Virus record (IMG/VR): IMGVR_UViG_3300021185_002646
Coordinates: 1 to 64,000 of that record
Reading direction: 5' to 3' (one strand)
Source of the DNA: a virus
Length of the DNA: 64,000 bases
Part shown: positions 47,746 through 57,366 of the stretch, in pieces
Layout of the letters: each line of letters starts with the position of its first letter
How positions within the stretch are numbered: the first letter of the stretch is position 1
Notes under the pieces: model-generated
Databases searched by the model: none
The model's input: the letters and a program-made list of their open reading frames with translations, nothing else
Told to the model about the DNA's origin: nothing
Position numbers and translations under genes: made by a program

Positions 47746-48980
47746 TGGAAAAGAACACTACGCCTATTAATAAACATAGTGATACATGGTGTCCAATTCC
47801 ATTTAATGCTATTAGCTTTCATCCTACAGGAAGATTAACTCGTTGCATGATGAGTGAAACTGCAATGGGTGAAAGCTATGATAGTGAAGAATTACAAGCC
47901 TTACGTCAAGATATGCTTGACGGCAAGTGGGATAAAGAAGGTTGTGAAACTTGTTACAAGAAAGAACAACATGGAAATATTAGCCAAAGACAGAAATGGC
48001 TATTAAAAGATCCAAATAAATTTAAAAACCAAGACGGATATAACAATCCACAAGTAACAGGTAATCCTGTAAATCACATGTTCATTAATTACAGTAATAT
48101 CTGTAATTTTAAATGCAGAATGTGTAGTCCTTTATACAGTAACGGTCTTATACCAGAATTTAAGCGTCTAGCATCATTAAATATAGTTCCTAACAAATAT
48201 GATCAAAATCCTGGTGTTAAGAATATAAATTCTACCAACAGTTATTTAAAAAACAATCCAAGTAAATTAGATAGTGTAACAAGTATCTGGATTACAGGCG
48301 GAGAGCCGTTTATGGATAATAGTGTTTATGACCTCATGGATATATTAGATGAAAATGATAGATCACGAGAAGTAGACATGTGTGTTACTACAAATGGTTC
48401 AAAGGTTGATCTTAATAAATTACAAAGATGTGAAACATTAGATAATTTTATACTTGATTTAAGTCTTGATGCTCCTAATCATATGTTTGAATATATGCGT
48501 AGTGCAGGTGCATTTACTTGGACTGAAATGGAAAGATTATTAGACGAGTTAAAATATTTTAGAGAGTTAAATAGTAGTTGGTTTAAATTGCATTTAAATT
48601 CTAGCATACAAGCATATAACTTTGATACTATATTAGATTTTGATAAATTATGTAACGAACACAACACTAGTAACAATTCAAGACAACTAGTAAACCCAAG
48701 AGAATTTAGAACTGATGTATTACCAATGGAAATGCGACAGGCAGAAGTAGAAAAATTAGAAAAATACAATGTGAATAATGATGTAAATTCTGCAAGATTA
48801 AAAAGAACATTAGAAGATGCACGTTTAAATTTATTAAAGCCACAGGCAGATATAGAACAGATTAAAAAGTTTGTAAGAAGAACAGTAGAAACAGACAAGT
48901 ATAGAAATATGCATTTGTATGATTATCATAAAGAATTAGGTGACTGGGTTTATAGCACTTATAACAAATACTTTTCTTGA
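47745..48980 (+). CDS. radical SAM protein with Twitch/SPASM-like N-terminus
   Basis: CNFKCRMC, TGGEPF, TTNG; N-terminal CP.P..C...C..C. Confidence 0.88.
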   Translation: MEKNTTPINKHSDTWCPIPFNAISFHPTGRLTRCMMSETAMGESYDSEELQALRQDMLDGKWDKEGCETCYKKEQHGNISQRQKWLLKDPNKFKNQDGYNNPQVTGNPVNHMFINYSNICNFKCRMCSPLYSNGLIPEFKRLASLNIVPNKYDQNPGVKNINSTNSYLKNNPSKLDSVTSIWITGGEPFMDNSVYDLMDILDENDRSREVDMCVTTNGSKVDLNKLQRCETLDNFILDLSLDAPNHMFEYMRSAGAFTWTEMERLLDELKYFRELNSSWFKLHLNSSIQAYNFDTILDFDKLCNEHNTSNNSRQLVNPREFRTDVLPMEMRQAEVEKLEKYNVNNDVNSARLKRTLEDARLNLLKPQADIEQIKKFVRRTVETDKYRNMHLYDYHKELGDWVYSTYNKYFS

Positions 48981-49005
48981 CAAATAGCATAATTTACGCT
49001 ATAAT
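48977..49005 (+). promoter_or_regulatory. sigma70 promoter
   Basis: TTGACA-17bp-TATAAT. Confidence 0.8.
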
Positions 49006-49037
49006 ATAAAAACAATAGATTTACTTTGGAGCGTAAA

Positions 49038-49478
49038 ATGTCAATGCATCTTCTAGGACCAGAAATGTCCACTACTCAATACAGTCGTAAGAAAAACAAA
49101 AAACCAATGACTGTAGCCAAACTAGAAAAACTAAAAGTACAATGGCGACAACATAACAAAGAATGTCGTAGAAAACATATTCATGCCGCACAGTTTGAGA
49201 AGTTTGAAGACTATGTTGCATATGTAAGTGGAACATACAAAGCACCAAAACGAGATTACAAGCCTGCTCCATATCAACCCCCACAACTTAATAGAGAAAC
49301 ACCAGATTATCCTAGCCTTAGTAATAATATTGGCGGGTCAACTGCAAAGAAAGAATCTATGAAATATACAGGTGAGCGTAAACTTGTAGGTATTGCTACA
49401 ATGCACAAAAGTAACATGGTTCCTATTTTTGAAGATAATAAAGAAGAAGCAATTGAGATTGCACGTATGAGACGTTAA
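49038..49478 (+). CDS. conserved phage hypothetical protein
   Basis: GIATMHKSNMVP...MRR motif; GGAG RBS. Confidence 0.7.
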   Translation: MSMHLLGPEMSTTQYSRKKNKKPMTVAKLEKLKVQWRQHNKECRRKHIHAAQFEKFEDYVAYVSGTYKAPKRDYKPAPYQPPQLNRETPDYPSLSNNIGGSTAKKESMKYTGERKLVGIATMHKSNMVPIFEDNKEEAIEIARMRR

Positions 49479-49777
49479 TGACAAAAGTTTGGAGTGTAAC
49501 TATCAAAGGAAAAAATGATACAGTTGTAATGACTGATGAACAAGCAATGATAGTTAAAATGAAGTTTATGCCAGACATTGATATACACGATTTAACTACA
49601 CTACATGGACTAACACCAGAATACTTACACAAAATAGAACGAAATAAATCTTTTGAAGGCGAAGATAAAAGTCTACTTTGGATGAAAAACAGTTTAGAAA
49701 TGGGCGTATATGGCGGCTGGCCAGGCGAATTTGAGAAAGCAGTTTGGGAATATCAAGACCTAATTGACATGAAATAG
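49478..49777 (+). CDS. hypothetical protein
   Basis: TAATG overlap; 99 aa. Confidence 0.6.
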   Translation: MTKVWSVTIKGKNDTVVMTDEQAMIVKMKFMPDIDIHDLTTLHGLTPEYLHKIERNKSFEGEDKSLLWMKNSLEMGVYGGWPGEFEKAVWEYQDLIDMK

Positions 49778-49778
49778 G

Positions 49779-49807
49779 TTGACAAAAGCAAGAACTCTTG
49801 CTATAAT
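49779..49807 (+). promoter_or_regulatory. sigma70 promoter with palindromic operator
   Basis: TTGACA-17bp-TATAAT containing AGCAAGA-AC-TCTTGCT. Confidence 0.8.
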
Positions 49808-49816
49808 ATACACATA

Positions 49817-50422
49817 ATGTTAGAAAAAAGAGGAATAAAGTTGGAAGATAAAATCATACTTACAGATTGCGATGGTGTACTACTTGATTGGGAAAGTGCG
49901 TTTCATAAATGGATGGAATCACATGGACATGTTAAAGTAGCACATGGAATGTACGATATAAGTCAGCAGTATGGGTTTGAGAAAGCTCAAGGTAAACAAC
50001 TAATTAAAATATTTAATGAAAGTGCTTGGATGGGCTATTTAAAAGCGTTCCGTGATGCACGAAGTGGTGTTGCTAAACTATATGAACACGGATATCGTTT
50101 TCATTGTATTACTAGTTTAAGTTTGGATAAGAAAGCAATACGTTTGCGAAAGTACAACTTAGAGAATGTATTTGGTAAAGGTACATTTAAAGAAGTACTA
50201 TGTTTGGATACTGGTGCAGACAAAGACGAAGCATTGGCACCATATGTTGGAAGTGATGCATTTTGGATCGAGGACAAACTCGAAAATGCAGAGTGTGGGG
50301 CTAAGTTAGGATTAAAAAGTATTCTACTAAAACACGATCATAACAAAGATGAAGTCTTAATGGACGGAATAAAAATGGCAGGCAATTGGGCCGATATAGT
50401 TGACATGATTGTCAACAGTTAA
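49817..50422 (+). CDS. HAD-superfamily phosphatase (T4 gp30.2-like)
   Basis: LTDCDGVLLDW, ITS, K, WIED; start may be TTG at 49841. Confidence 0.8.
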   Translation: MLEKRGIKLEDKIILTDCDGVLLDWESAFHKWMESHGHVKVAHGMYDISQQYGFEKAQGKQLIKIFNESAWMGYLKAFRDARSGVAKLYEHGYRFHCITSLSLDKKAIRLRKYNLENVFGKGTFKEVLCLDTGADKDEALAPYVGSDAFWIEDKLENAECGAKLGLKSILLKHDHNKDEVLMDGIKMAGNWADIVDMIVNS

Positions 50423-50423
50423 T

Positions 50424-51158
50424 TTATTCTTCGTCTCCGTAAATAGTTAGAACTTCAGTAACAGCGACATGTCGTTCAACATCACCTTTGGTAAAGCTGA
50501 CAACTCCAATTATATCACTACCTCTTTGTTCTAGTAGTTTTACGAAATTTTTAAGACCGTTGTCTTCGAATCCACGGTCGTGTTGTGCTAAGTCTCCTGT
50601 TACAATAATTTTAGAATTCTCGCCAATGCGTGTTAATAACATCTTCATTTGAGATGGTGTCGCATTTTGCATTTCGTCTGCTATAATCCAAGAATTCTTA
50701 AAAGTTCTACCACGCATGTATGCCAGTGGTGCAATCTCAATAATGTTCTCATTAATCATATGTTCGATTGTGCTTGGTGACCAATATTCTTCCATTACGT
50801 CAAATATAGGTCTTGTCCATGGTGCCATTTTTTCTACTAGTGTTCCTGGTAGAAATCCATGTTGTTCATCAACACTGACAGCAGGTCGTGTAATTACAAT
50901 TTTACTACATAAGTTTGAATTGTATGCGTCGATAGCCGCTAACACGCCTAGCAATGTTTTACCTGTACCAGCAGGTCCCATTGCAAACACAATGTTACGT
51001 TTTTCATCGTCAAGAAGCTCTACATAATCTTCTTGTGCGAGATTACGTGGAACAATTTGTACATGTCTTTTTCTGTGTGCGTTGAGTTGGACTATCTTAT
51101 CCTGTGAATGTTCTTGTTGATATTGTTGTTTTTTTGTTTTTCGAGCTCGTTTAGCCAT
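50424..51158 (-). CDS. phoH: PhoH family ATPase
   Basis: GPAGTGKT, GFLPG, YMRGRT, DEMQN, TGD..QHD. Confidence 0.95.
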   Translation of the reverse strand: MAKRARKTKKQQYQQEHSQDKIVQLNAHRKRHVQIVPRNLAQEDYVELLDDEKRNIVFAMGPAGTGKTLLGVLAAIDAYNSNLCSKIVITRPAVSVDEQHGFLPGTLVEKMAPWTRPIFDVMEEYWSPSTIEHMINENIIEIAPLAYMRGRTFKNSWIIADEMQNATPSQMKMLLTRIGENSKIIVTGDLAQHDRGFEDNGLKNFVKLLEQRGSDIIGVVSFTKGDVERHVAVTEVLTIYGDEE

Positions 51159-51308
51159 GTGTTCTCCTATTTGGATGCTTGGGCCCTTTACTGCCTGCTC
51201 ATAAGTATTTAATAATATATGGTATAAGTTAACTTAGTACTAAAAGAATAAAATAGTTGACACTACGAACCAACTGTCATAAATAAGTATATATTAAAGG
51301 AATTCACA

Positions 51309-51839
51309 ATGGATCAAAATTATATTTTAAACAACCTAAGAGCAAACACTAGTAGAGATAGTGCATTAGAAACACTAATGGACTTTGAACGTGTAATGGA
51401 TACTGCTAACATTTATGCATACAAAAACTGGATGGAAGGCGAAATTGTCGAAGGTCCACATATTGATAGATATTGGGTAACAGTAACATTAATGTATCAT
51501 CAAGCACAAATGCCAGATCCAGAAGGTGCAATGCGTTTAACAAAAAATGGTTGTAAAGTATATTTTGCAGAAGAAGAATACATTACGGCAGCTAAATTAA
51601 AAAGTCCAGACGACAGTGAAGGACAAGACAATGCGGACGGTAAAAGACCAGGTCAATCACGTGCTAAAAGAGTTATTAAGCCTGTTTGGCTAGTAACAAT
51701 AGTAATGCCTAGAAAATACATGGACGATGTAGAGTCTAGCAAATTACGTGTAGATGACCAAGACATAAACAGCGGTGCAGTAGAACAAGCATACACAGAT
51801 GAAATATCAGCAGACAAAGAACCAGGATTAGACTTATGA
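51309..51839 (+). CDS. conserved phage hypothetical protein
   Basis: DFERVMD...Y.NW..GE, MPDP.G; late box upstream. Confidence 0.7.
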   Translation: MDQNYILNNLRANTSRDSALETLMDFERVMDTANIYAYKNWMEGEIVEGPHIDRYWVTVTLMYHQAQMPDPEGAMRLTKNGCKVYFAEEEYITAAKLKSPDDSEGQDNADGKRPGQSRAKRVIKPVWLVTIVMPRKYMDDVESSKLRVDDQDINSGAVEQAYTDEISADKEPGLDL

Positions 51840-52303
51840 GCATACAACAAAACGACTTAATTGACTTAATACAATCAACATTTAGTGTTGATCAATACAA
51901 AAGCAAAGTAGGTGATGATAAAAATGTTGTTGTAGTTGCATTTGATATTAAAGACGGTGATCCTGCTAAAGATTTAAGTCAATTTATTGAATCAGGACAT
52001 GACACTATTGATGTAGATGTGTCACCAGGTCCAGACAAAGAAGGAAACTATAAAGTATTTGTTGAGTTAGAAAGAAATAGTAAATTGTTTGAAACAATTG
52101 ATGCTATACTAAAAGATATAACTCGTGTAGATGAATCAGCAAATAGTTTTATGTTTAATGCATATAAAAGTGACATGCCAGCAAAATGGAGTAAAGAAAA
52201 CTTTGAAGAAAGTGTTTACACAAGCAGTTACGATTACACAATTGCTACTGATCCAGAAGCACATGCTATAACAGAACGCATTAAATTCTTAAACAAGTAT
52301 TAA
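51836..52303 (+). CDS. hypothetical protein
   Basis: ATGA overlap; 155 aa. Confidence 0.65.
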   Translation: MSIQQNDLIDLIQSTFSVDQYKSKVGDDKNVVVVAFDIKDGDPAKDLSQFIESGHDTIDVDVSPGPDKEGNYKVFVELERNSKLFETIDAILKDITRVDESANSFMFNAYKSDMPAKWSKENFEESVYTSSYDYTIATDPEAHAITERIKFLNKY

Positions 52304-52521
52304 TGGCGAAACAAGAAGCAGTTAAATTACAAGGAACAGTTTTAGATTCGCTACCAGGTGCTTTTTTCAAAATAGAACTAGAAAACGGGCACATTGTCAC
52401 TGGTATTATCAGTGGGAAGATAAGAAAAAACAGAATCAGGGTTTTACCCGGAGATAAAGTTGACGTAGAAATGTCACCATACGATTTAGAAAAAGGTCGT
52501 ATAACATTTAGGTACAAATAA
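52303..52521 (+). CDS. infA: translation initiation factor IF-1
   Basis: LENGH...[29 protein letters not shown]. Confidence 0.96.
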   Translation: MAKQEAVKLQGTVLDSLPGAFFKIELENGHIVTGIISGKIRKNRIRVLPGDKVDVEMSPYDLEKGRITFRYK

Positions 52522-52522
52522 A

Positions 52523-52999
52523 ATGTTTATATTAGGAAAACTTAAGACATATTTAATCCTTGCAGCCGTATTGGGTGCAGTAGGATTTGGTGCGTGGAAA
52601 TATTATACATACACACAAGAACAAATTCGTGTATATGCCACAAACGCCGCAACTGCCGAACAGGCAGTAGAGTCAACACAAGCCGCACTTGACTCAGTAC
52701 AAAAAGATTTAGAACAAGTGCAGAAACAATTTAATGAGGTGACAGAAGAGTTCGGTAATGCTCAAAAACGTGTCGATACACTAGAAGAAAAATTGAGCGA
52801 ACACGACTTAGGTCAACTTGCACAAGCCAGACCTGGATTAGTTGAAAAAATAATCAACAGTGCCAGCAACGAAGTAGGCAGGTGTATGGAGATACTAAGT
52901 GGATCACCATTAACGGAGAAGGAAATAAATGCAACAAAGCCATCAAAAATCAACAGTGAGTGTCCTGATATTGCTAACCCTAACTATGTTCCTAGGTAG
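52523..52999 (+). CDS. inner-membrane spanin (Rz-like)
   Basis: N-terminal TM plus periplasmic coiled coil; overlaps a lipoprotein gene. Confidence 0.75.
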   Translation: MFILGKLKTYLILAAVLGAVGFGAWKYYTYTQEQIRVYATNAATAEQAVESTQAALDSVQKDLEQVQKQFNEVTEEFGNAQKRVDTLEEKLSEHDLGQLAQARPGLVEKIINSASNEVGRCMEILSGSPLTEKEINATKPSKINSECPDIANPNYVPR

Positions 53000-53378
53000 T
53001 TGTTCTACTTTAACACCAAACGTAGTTTCATACAAATCAGAACCAATTGAAAAACCAGCATTAGTACTACCTGACACATCTGTGTTGGAATTAAGAAATT
53101 CAGACTGGAATATCATTACACCAGAAGAACTCAATGGTATATTTGATAAACTAAAAAAAGACGGTGAACCTGTAGTTATATATGCATTAACTACTGAAGG
53201 GTATTCACAACTTTCTTTGAATTTTGCTGATATACTTAAATTAGTATCACAACAAAAAGCAATAATCGAAGCATACAAAGAATATTACGAACAAACAGAA
53301 AAAAATATCAATGAACACAACAGTAAAGCAAATACTCCTGTCGAAAGTTCAGAATCACTTCTCGACAAAATCTTTTAA
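52929..53378 (+). CDS. outer-membrane spanin lipoprotein (Rz1-like)
   Basis: Lipobox LGSC, Pro-rich segment; overlapped gene architecture. Confidence 0.75.
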   Translation: MQQSHQKSTVSVLILLTLTMFLGSCSTLTPNVVSYKSEPIEKPALVLPDTSVLELRNSDWNIITPEELNGIFDKLKKDGEPVVIYALTTEGYSQLSLNFADILKLVSQQKAIIEAYKEYYEQTEKNINEHNSKANTPVESSESLLDKIF

Positions 53379-53423
53379 AAACACTAGCGTTTAAGGCTCT
53401 TCGTTATGTCAATAAATACTACG

Positions 53424-54095
53424 ATGAAGAAGTTTAAAAACCCTTGGTTTATTCTTGGCCTAGAACCAGGTGCTACTTTAAAAGAGGTCAAACTAGCATA
53501 TAAAAGATTAGCTCTTAAAAATCATCCTGATAAGGGCGGTACTATTGCTGACTGGCTTTCTATAAGTGATGCATATGAATCTATAACAGAAAAGAAACAT
53601 ATACCTATAGTAAAGTCAACAGATACACAAATGATAGATTTGCCACTTACTATTGAACAACAGATTAATGGAGTTAACGATTATGTTGAAATTGACGATT
53701 TATACTTAAAAGTAAATATTCCACCCGGTGTTTTAGCAGGTGATAAGTTTAAAATAACTGATAAGCGAAAAAAATATATAATAAATGTGAAAGAAAAGGC
53801 AAATAAAGTCTTTACAAGATCAGGAAATAATATTATAATGTATAAGACTTTAGACGTTATTGATGTAATGAAACTGAATTCGTTTATGATTATTACACCA
53901 ACAGGAGAACGAGCTGAAATACAAATACCACCAGATACAGTAACAGGTAGTATTATTGTATTAAAGGGACACGGTCTTTTGAATAGAAAGAGTAAAAGAA
54001 AGGGAAATTTAAGGATACATATTAAGGTATCCATACCATACTTAAATAGTACTAACATGGAAGAATTTATAACGAGGTTAAGGACAAATGACTGA
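53424..54095 (+). CDS. DnaJ/CbpA-like co-chaperone
   Basis: J domain with HPD; C-terminal DnaJ_C-like region; no zinc finger. Confidence 0.85.
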   Translation: MKKFKNPWFILGLEPGATLKEVKLAYKRLALKNHPDKGGTIADWLSISDAYESITEKKHIPIVKSTDTQMIDLPLTIEQQINGVNDYVEIDDLYLKVNIPPGVLAGDKFKITDKRKKYIINVKEKANKVFTRSGNNIIMYKTLDVIDVMKLNSFMIITPTGERAEIQIPPDTVTGSIIVLKGHGLLNRKSKRKGNLRIHIKVSIPYLNSTNMEEFITRLRTND

Positions 54096-56340
54096 TATAG
54101 AAAAAATTGTAATCACTGCTATTAATTTAGCAAAAAAATTAAAACACGAATATGTAACAATAGAACATATTGCGGCAGTTCTCTTAGATGATCCACATAT
54201 TCAAGCAATGTGTTACGAAGTAAATGCAGACTTTGAACAATTACAAATTGCACTAGTAGAATACTTAGAAAAAGAATGTGCAGAATTAGTTAAAAATGGA
54301 ACTGAAGAACCTAATCCATATAAAACACAAATGTTAGAACGTGTGTTTAACAGAGCATTAACACAAGCATTATTTCAAGGTAAAAAACATCTTAACCAAT
54401 TAGATCTAGTATTAAGTATACTAGGTGAAGAAAACAGTATAGCAGCTCAATACTCTGAACAATTAGGACTTAATAAAAACAAAGTTATTAAATGGATGCA
54501 AGACGCAAATCAGCAAGAGCATGAACAAATATTTGGACCTGCTGATGGATTGAATGATCCACGCCGAGCAACTGGAATGACACCAAGAGATGTATTGGCA
54601 CAGTTTTGTACTAACATGAACGAGGCATATGATGAATATGATGACTTAATTGGACGTAGAAGTGAATTAAAAGATTTAGTACAAACAGTAGCACGTAAGA
54701 AAAAGTCTAATGCTATTTTAACAGGTGGCAGTGGTGTTGGTAAAACAGCAGTTGTACAAGGACTAGCAAAACTTATTGTAGAAGGACATGTTCCTGATAT
54801 TATTAAAGACAAAGTTGTATGGGAATTAGATATGACTAAGTTAGTAGCTGGTACAAAGTATAGAGGTGATTTTGAAGAACGCATGAAACAGTTAGGCGAA
54901 GCATTAATACAAGAACCTAACATTATTTTATTTGTAGATGAGATACATACAATCATTGGTGCAGGTAGTACAAATGGTACTATGGATGCAGGTAACATGT
55001 TAAAGCCAGCGTTAAGCAATGGTAAACTAAAAGTAATTGGTGCTACAACAGATGAAGAATATAGAAAAGTATTTGAAAAAGAAACAGCACTAGCACGTAG
55101 ATTTACAAAAGTTGTAGTAGATGAACCTAATACAAAAGACGCAAAAGAAGTTGTATACAATTCTTTAGTATCATATGAAGCATTTCACGATGTTACTATT
55201 AGACCAGAAGCAGCAGATCTTTCAGTTGAATTAAGTAATCAATATATCTTTAACAAAAAACTTCCAGATAAAGCATTTGATATTATTGACAGAGCATGTG
55301 CATTTAATAGAATATTACCACCAGAAGAACGATTAGACATATTAGGTGAAGATGAAATTAAAGCAGAGGTGGCAAGATTAACTGGTATTCCAAAAGAACA
55401 TTTAGGAAAAACAGATGATAAAGAAACTGCAAACAAGCACAGTGAAGTAAGAGAATTTTTAGAAAGTACTGTATTTGGTCAACAAGTGGCAATTGATTGC
55501 GTAGTTGATAGTATTACAGTTAGCATGGCAGGTCTTAAAGATCCTATTAAACCTATTGCAAGTTATTTGCTTACAGGACCAACTGGTGTTGGTAAAACAG
55601 AACTTGCTAAACGTTTAGCACAATCAATGAGTATGAAACTATGTAGATACGATATGGCAGAATATCAAGAACGTCATACAGTGTCAAAACTAATTGGTTC
55701 ACCTCCAGGTTATGTAGGACACGCAGATGGTAAAGCAGGAGATGGATTACTTATTAATCAATTAGAAGATAATCCAAATTGTGTACTGTTACTTGACGAA
55801 GTAGAAAAAGCACACCCAGATTTAATGAGTGTATTGTTAAGTTTATTAGACGAAGGTACAATTACAAGTAGCACAGGTAAAGTAGTAAGTGCCAAGAACG
55901 CTATTATTATTATGACAAGTAACCTTGGAGCCAGAGATGCTGCAATTAAGAGCATTGGCTTTAATGAAGAAACATATAATGCAAAAGCAGTAGATGACGC
56001 AGTAAACAATTATTTTGCACCAGAGTTCCGTAACAGACTAGACGGTGTTGTTAAGTTTAATTCTTTAACAAGAAACGACATGAAGCGTATTGTTATTAAG
56101 TTCTTAGGTGAACTTGAAACATATGTAGAAGGTAGACATATTGTAATTAATTGGGGTCCTGAACTAGTAGCAATGCTAGAAGATAAAGGATACGATCCGG
56201 CAATGGGTGCAAGACCGTTAGCAAGACTAATCAATGAAACTGTAAAACTTCCGTTAGCAAAATATTTACTTGATAATAACAAAGATTATACATTGGACAT
56301 TGATTGGAAAAAAGATAAGTTAACAATTAATGCAAAATAA
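54088..56340 (+). CDS. clpA: ATP-dependent Clp protease ATPase ClpA
   Basis: Clp N domain, two AAA modules (GSGVGKT, GPTGVGKT), IGF loop, no ClpB middle domain. Confidence 0.93.
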   Translation: MTDIEKIVITAINLAKKLKHEYVTIEHIAAVLLDDPHIQAMCYEVNADFEQLQIALVEYLEKECAELVKNGTEEPNPYKTQMLERVFNRALTQALFQGKKHLNQLDLVLSILGEENSIAAQYSEQLGLNKNKVIKWMQDANQQEHEQIFGPADGLNDPRRATGMTPRDVLAQFCTNMNEAYDEYDDLIGRRSELKDLVQTVARKKKSNAILTGGSGVGKTAVVQGLAKLIVEGHVPDIIKDKVVWELDMTKLVAGTKYRGDFEERMKQLGEALIQEPNIILFVDEIHTIIGAGSTNGTMDAGNMLKPALSNGKLKVIGATTDEEYRKVFEKETALARRFTKVVVDEPNTKDAKEVVYNSLVSYEAFHDVTIRPEAADLSVELSNQYIFNKKLPDKAFDIIDRACAFNRILPPEERLDILGEDEIKAEVARLTGIPKEHLGKTDDKETANKHSEVREFLESTVFGQQVAIDCVVDSITVSMAGLKDPIKPIASYLLTGPTGVGKTELAKRLAQSMSMKLCRYDMAEYQERHTVSKLIGSPPGYVGHADGKAGDGLLINQLEDNPNCVLLLDEVEKAHPDLMSVLLSLLDEGTITSSTGKVVSAKNAIIIMTSNLGARDAAIKSIGFNEETYNAKAVDDAVNNYFAPEFRNRLDGVVKFNSLTRNDMKRIVIKFLGELETYVEGRHIVINWGPELVAMLEDKGYDPAMGARPLARLINETVKLPLAKYLLDNNKDYTLDIDWKKDKLTINAK

Positions 56341-56950
56341 CGAAATAACAATTTTACCTACAGAAACTGTATTTTACAGAGAATTTGATACACGTATCAA
56401 ACTGATAAAATTGCCTCGTAAATTTCATTTCAATTATGGTAGATTTGATGATAAAGGCAATTCTAGATTTAGGGTAGTAAAAATATATAGAAGTAGACAT
56501 GAATATGATTGTAATCTTTACACATCTAGTCTTGATATTATACAAAACATACTAACTGATCCCGAACTGCAAGTAACAGAAATAACACAACCTTTAAACG
56601 ACACTCACAGAGAATTGTTACATAAACGTGACAGAAAAGTAGTTATCCGCAACAAGTTATGGTTTAACAGATACAAGCATAAAATATCAGCATGGCATAA
56701 TTGGGACAAACCAACAACCCGTGATGAAAGTTTAACTATGATTAAATGGGTATACGAACATTTTCCCAAAGGTGAAAATAGAGTTGTATCAACCTCATAT
56801 GGTTCATATTTTGGTAGTACTAGAGTAGTACAACCACCAACAATCTTTACAAATAGCGAAGATACTATGATGTTATTCAAATTAGCATATGGCGACATGC
56901 TTCGTATGACTATGGAAACCTGTATCACGCTTCAAGAACTCGATAATTGA
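56330..56950 (+). CDS. hypothetical protein
   Basis: 206-aa ORF. Confidence 0.6.
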   Translation: MQNNEITILPTETVFYREFDTRIKLIKLPRKFHFNYGRFDDKGNSRFRVVKIYRSRHEYDCNLYTSSLDIIQNILTDPELQVTEITQPLNDTHRELLHKRDRKVVIRNKLWFNRYKHKISAWHNWDKPTTRDESLTMIKWVYEHFPKGENRVVSTSYGSYFGSTRVVQPPTIFTNSEDTMMLFKLAYGDMLRMTMETCITLQELDN

Positions 56951-56981
56951 TAAATACTTGTAAGATTAAAGGAGATTATTA

Positions 56982-57353
56982 ATGTCTAGTTCTAATATAG
57001 TTCTAACAAATAAAAACGAACTTTCATATACAAGTGACCCTGTTAAGGGCGACGGTTACTATGGATTTGCTGATGGTTTACATACTATGAGTTTTCATGT
57101 AAGTAACTTTACTGGGAGAATTCACCTAGAAGCAACAATTGTAGAACAACCAGCAGAATCTGATTGGTTTCCTATTGATTTAGATAGTATTACACCTTAT
57201 TTACAATTTACTGCACAAACTACTACCAAAGGTACAAGTTTTGAAGGTAATTTTGTTTACTTACGTGTTAAGGTTGACAGATCATATTTAGGTGCAGGAT
57301 CATATGATGCTGCATTACACGGCGCACTTGATAAAGTAGTCGTACTAATATAA
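56982..57353 (+). CDS. putative virion structural protein
   Basis: Late box and AAGGAG RBS; beta-rich. Confidence 0.6.
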   Translation: MSSSNIVLTNKNELSYTSDPVKGDGYYGFADGLHTMSFHVSNFTGRIHLEATIVEQPAESDWFPIDLDSITPYLQFTAQTTTKGTSFEGNFVYLRVKVDRSYLGAGSYDAALHGALDKVVVLI

Positions 57354-57366
57354 AGGAGAAATACAC

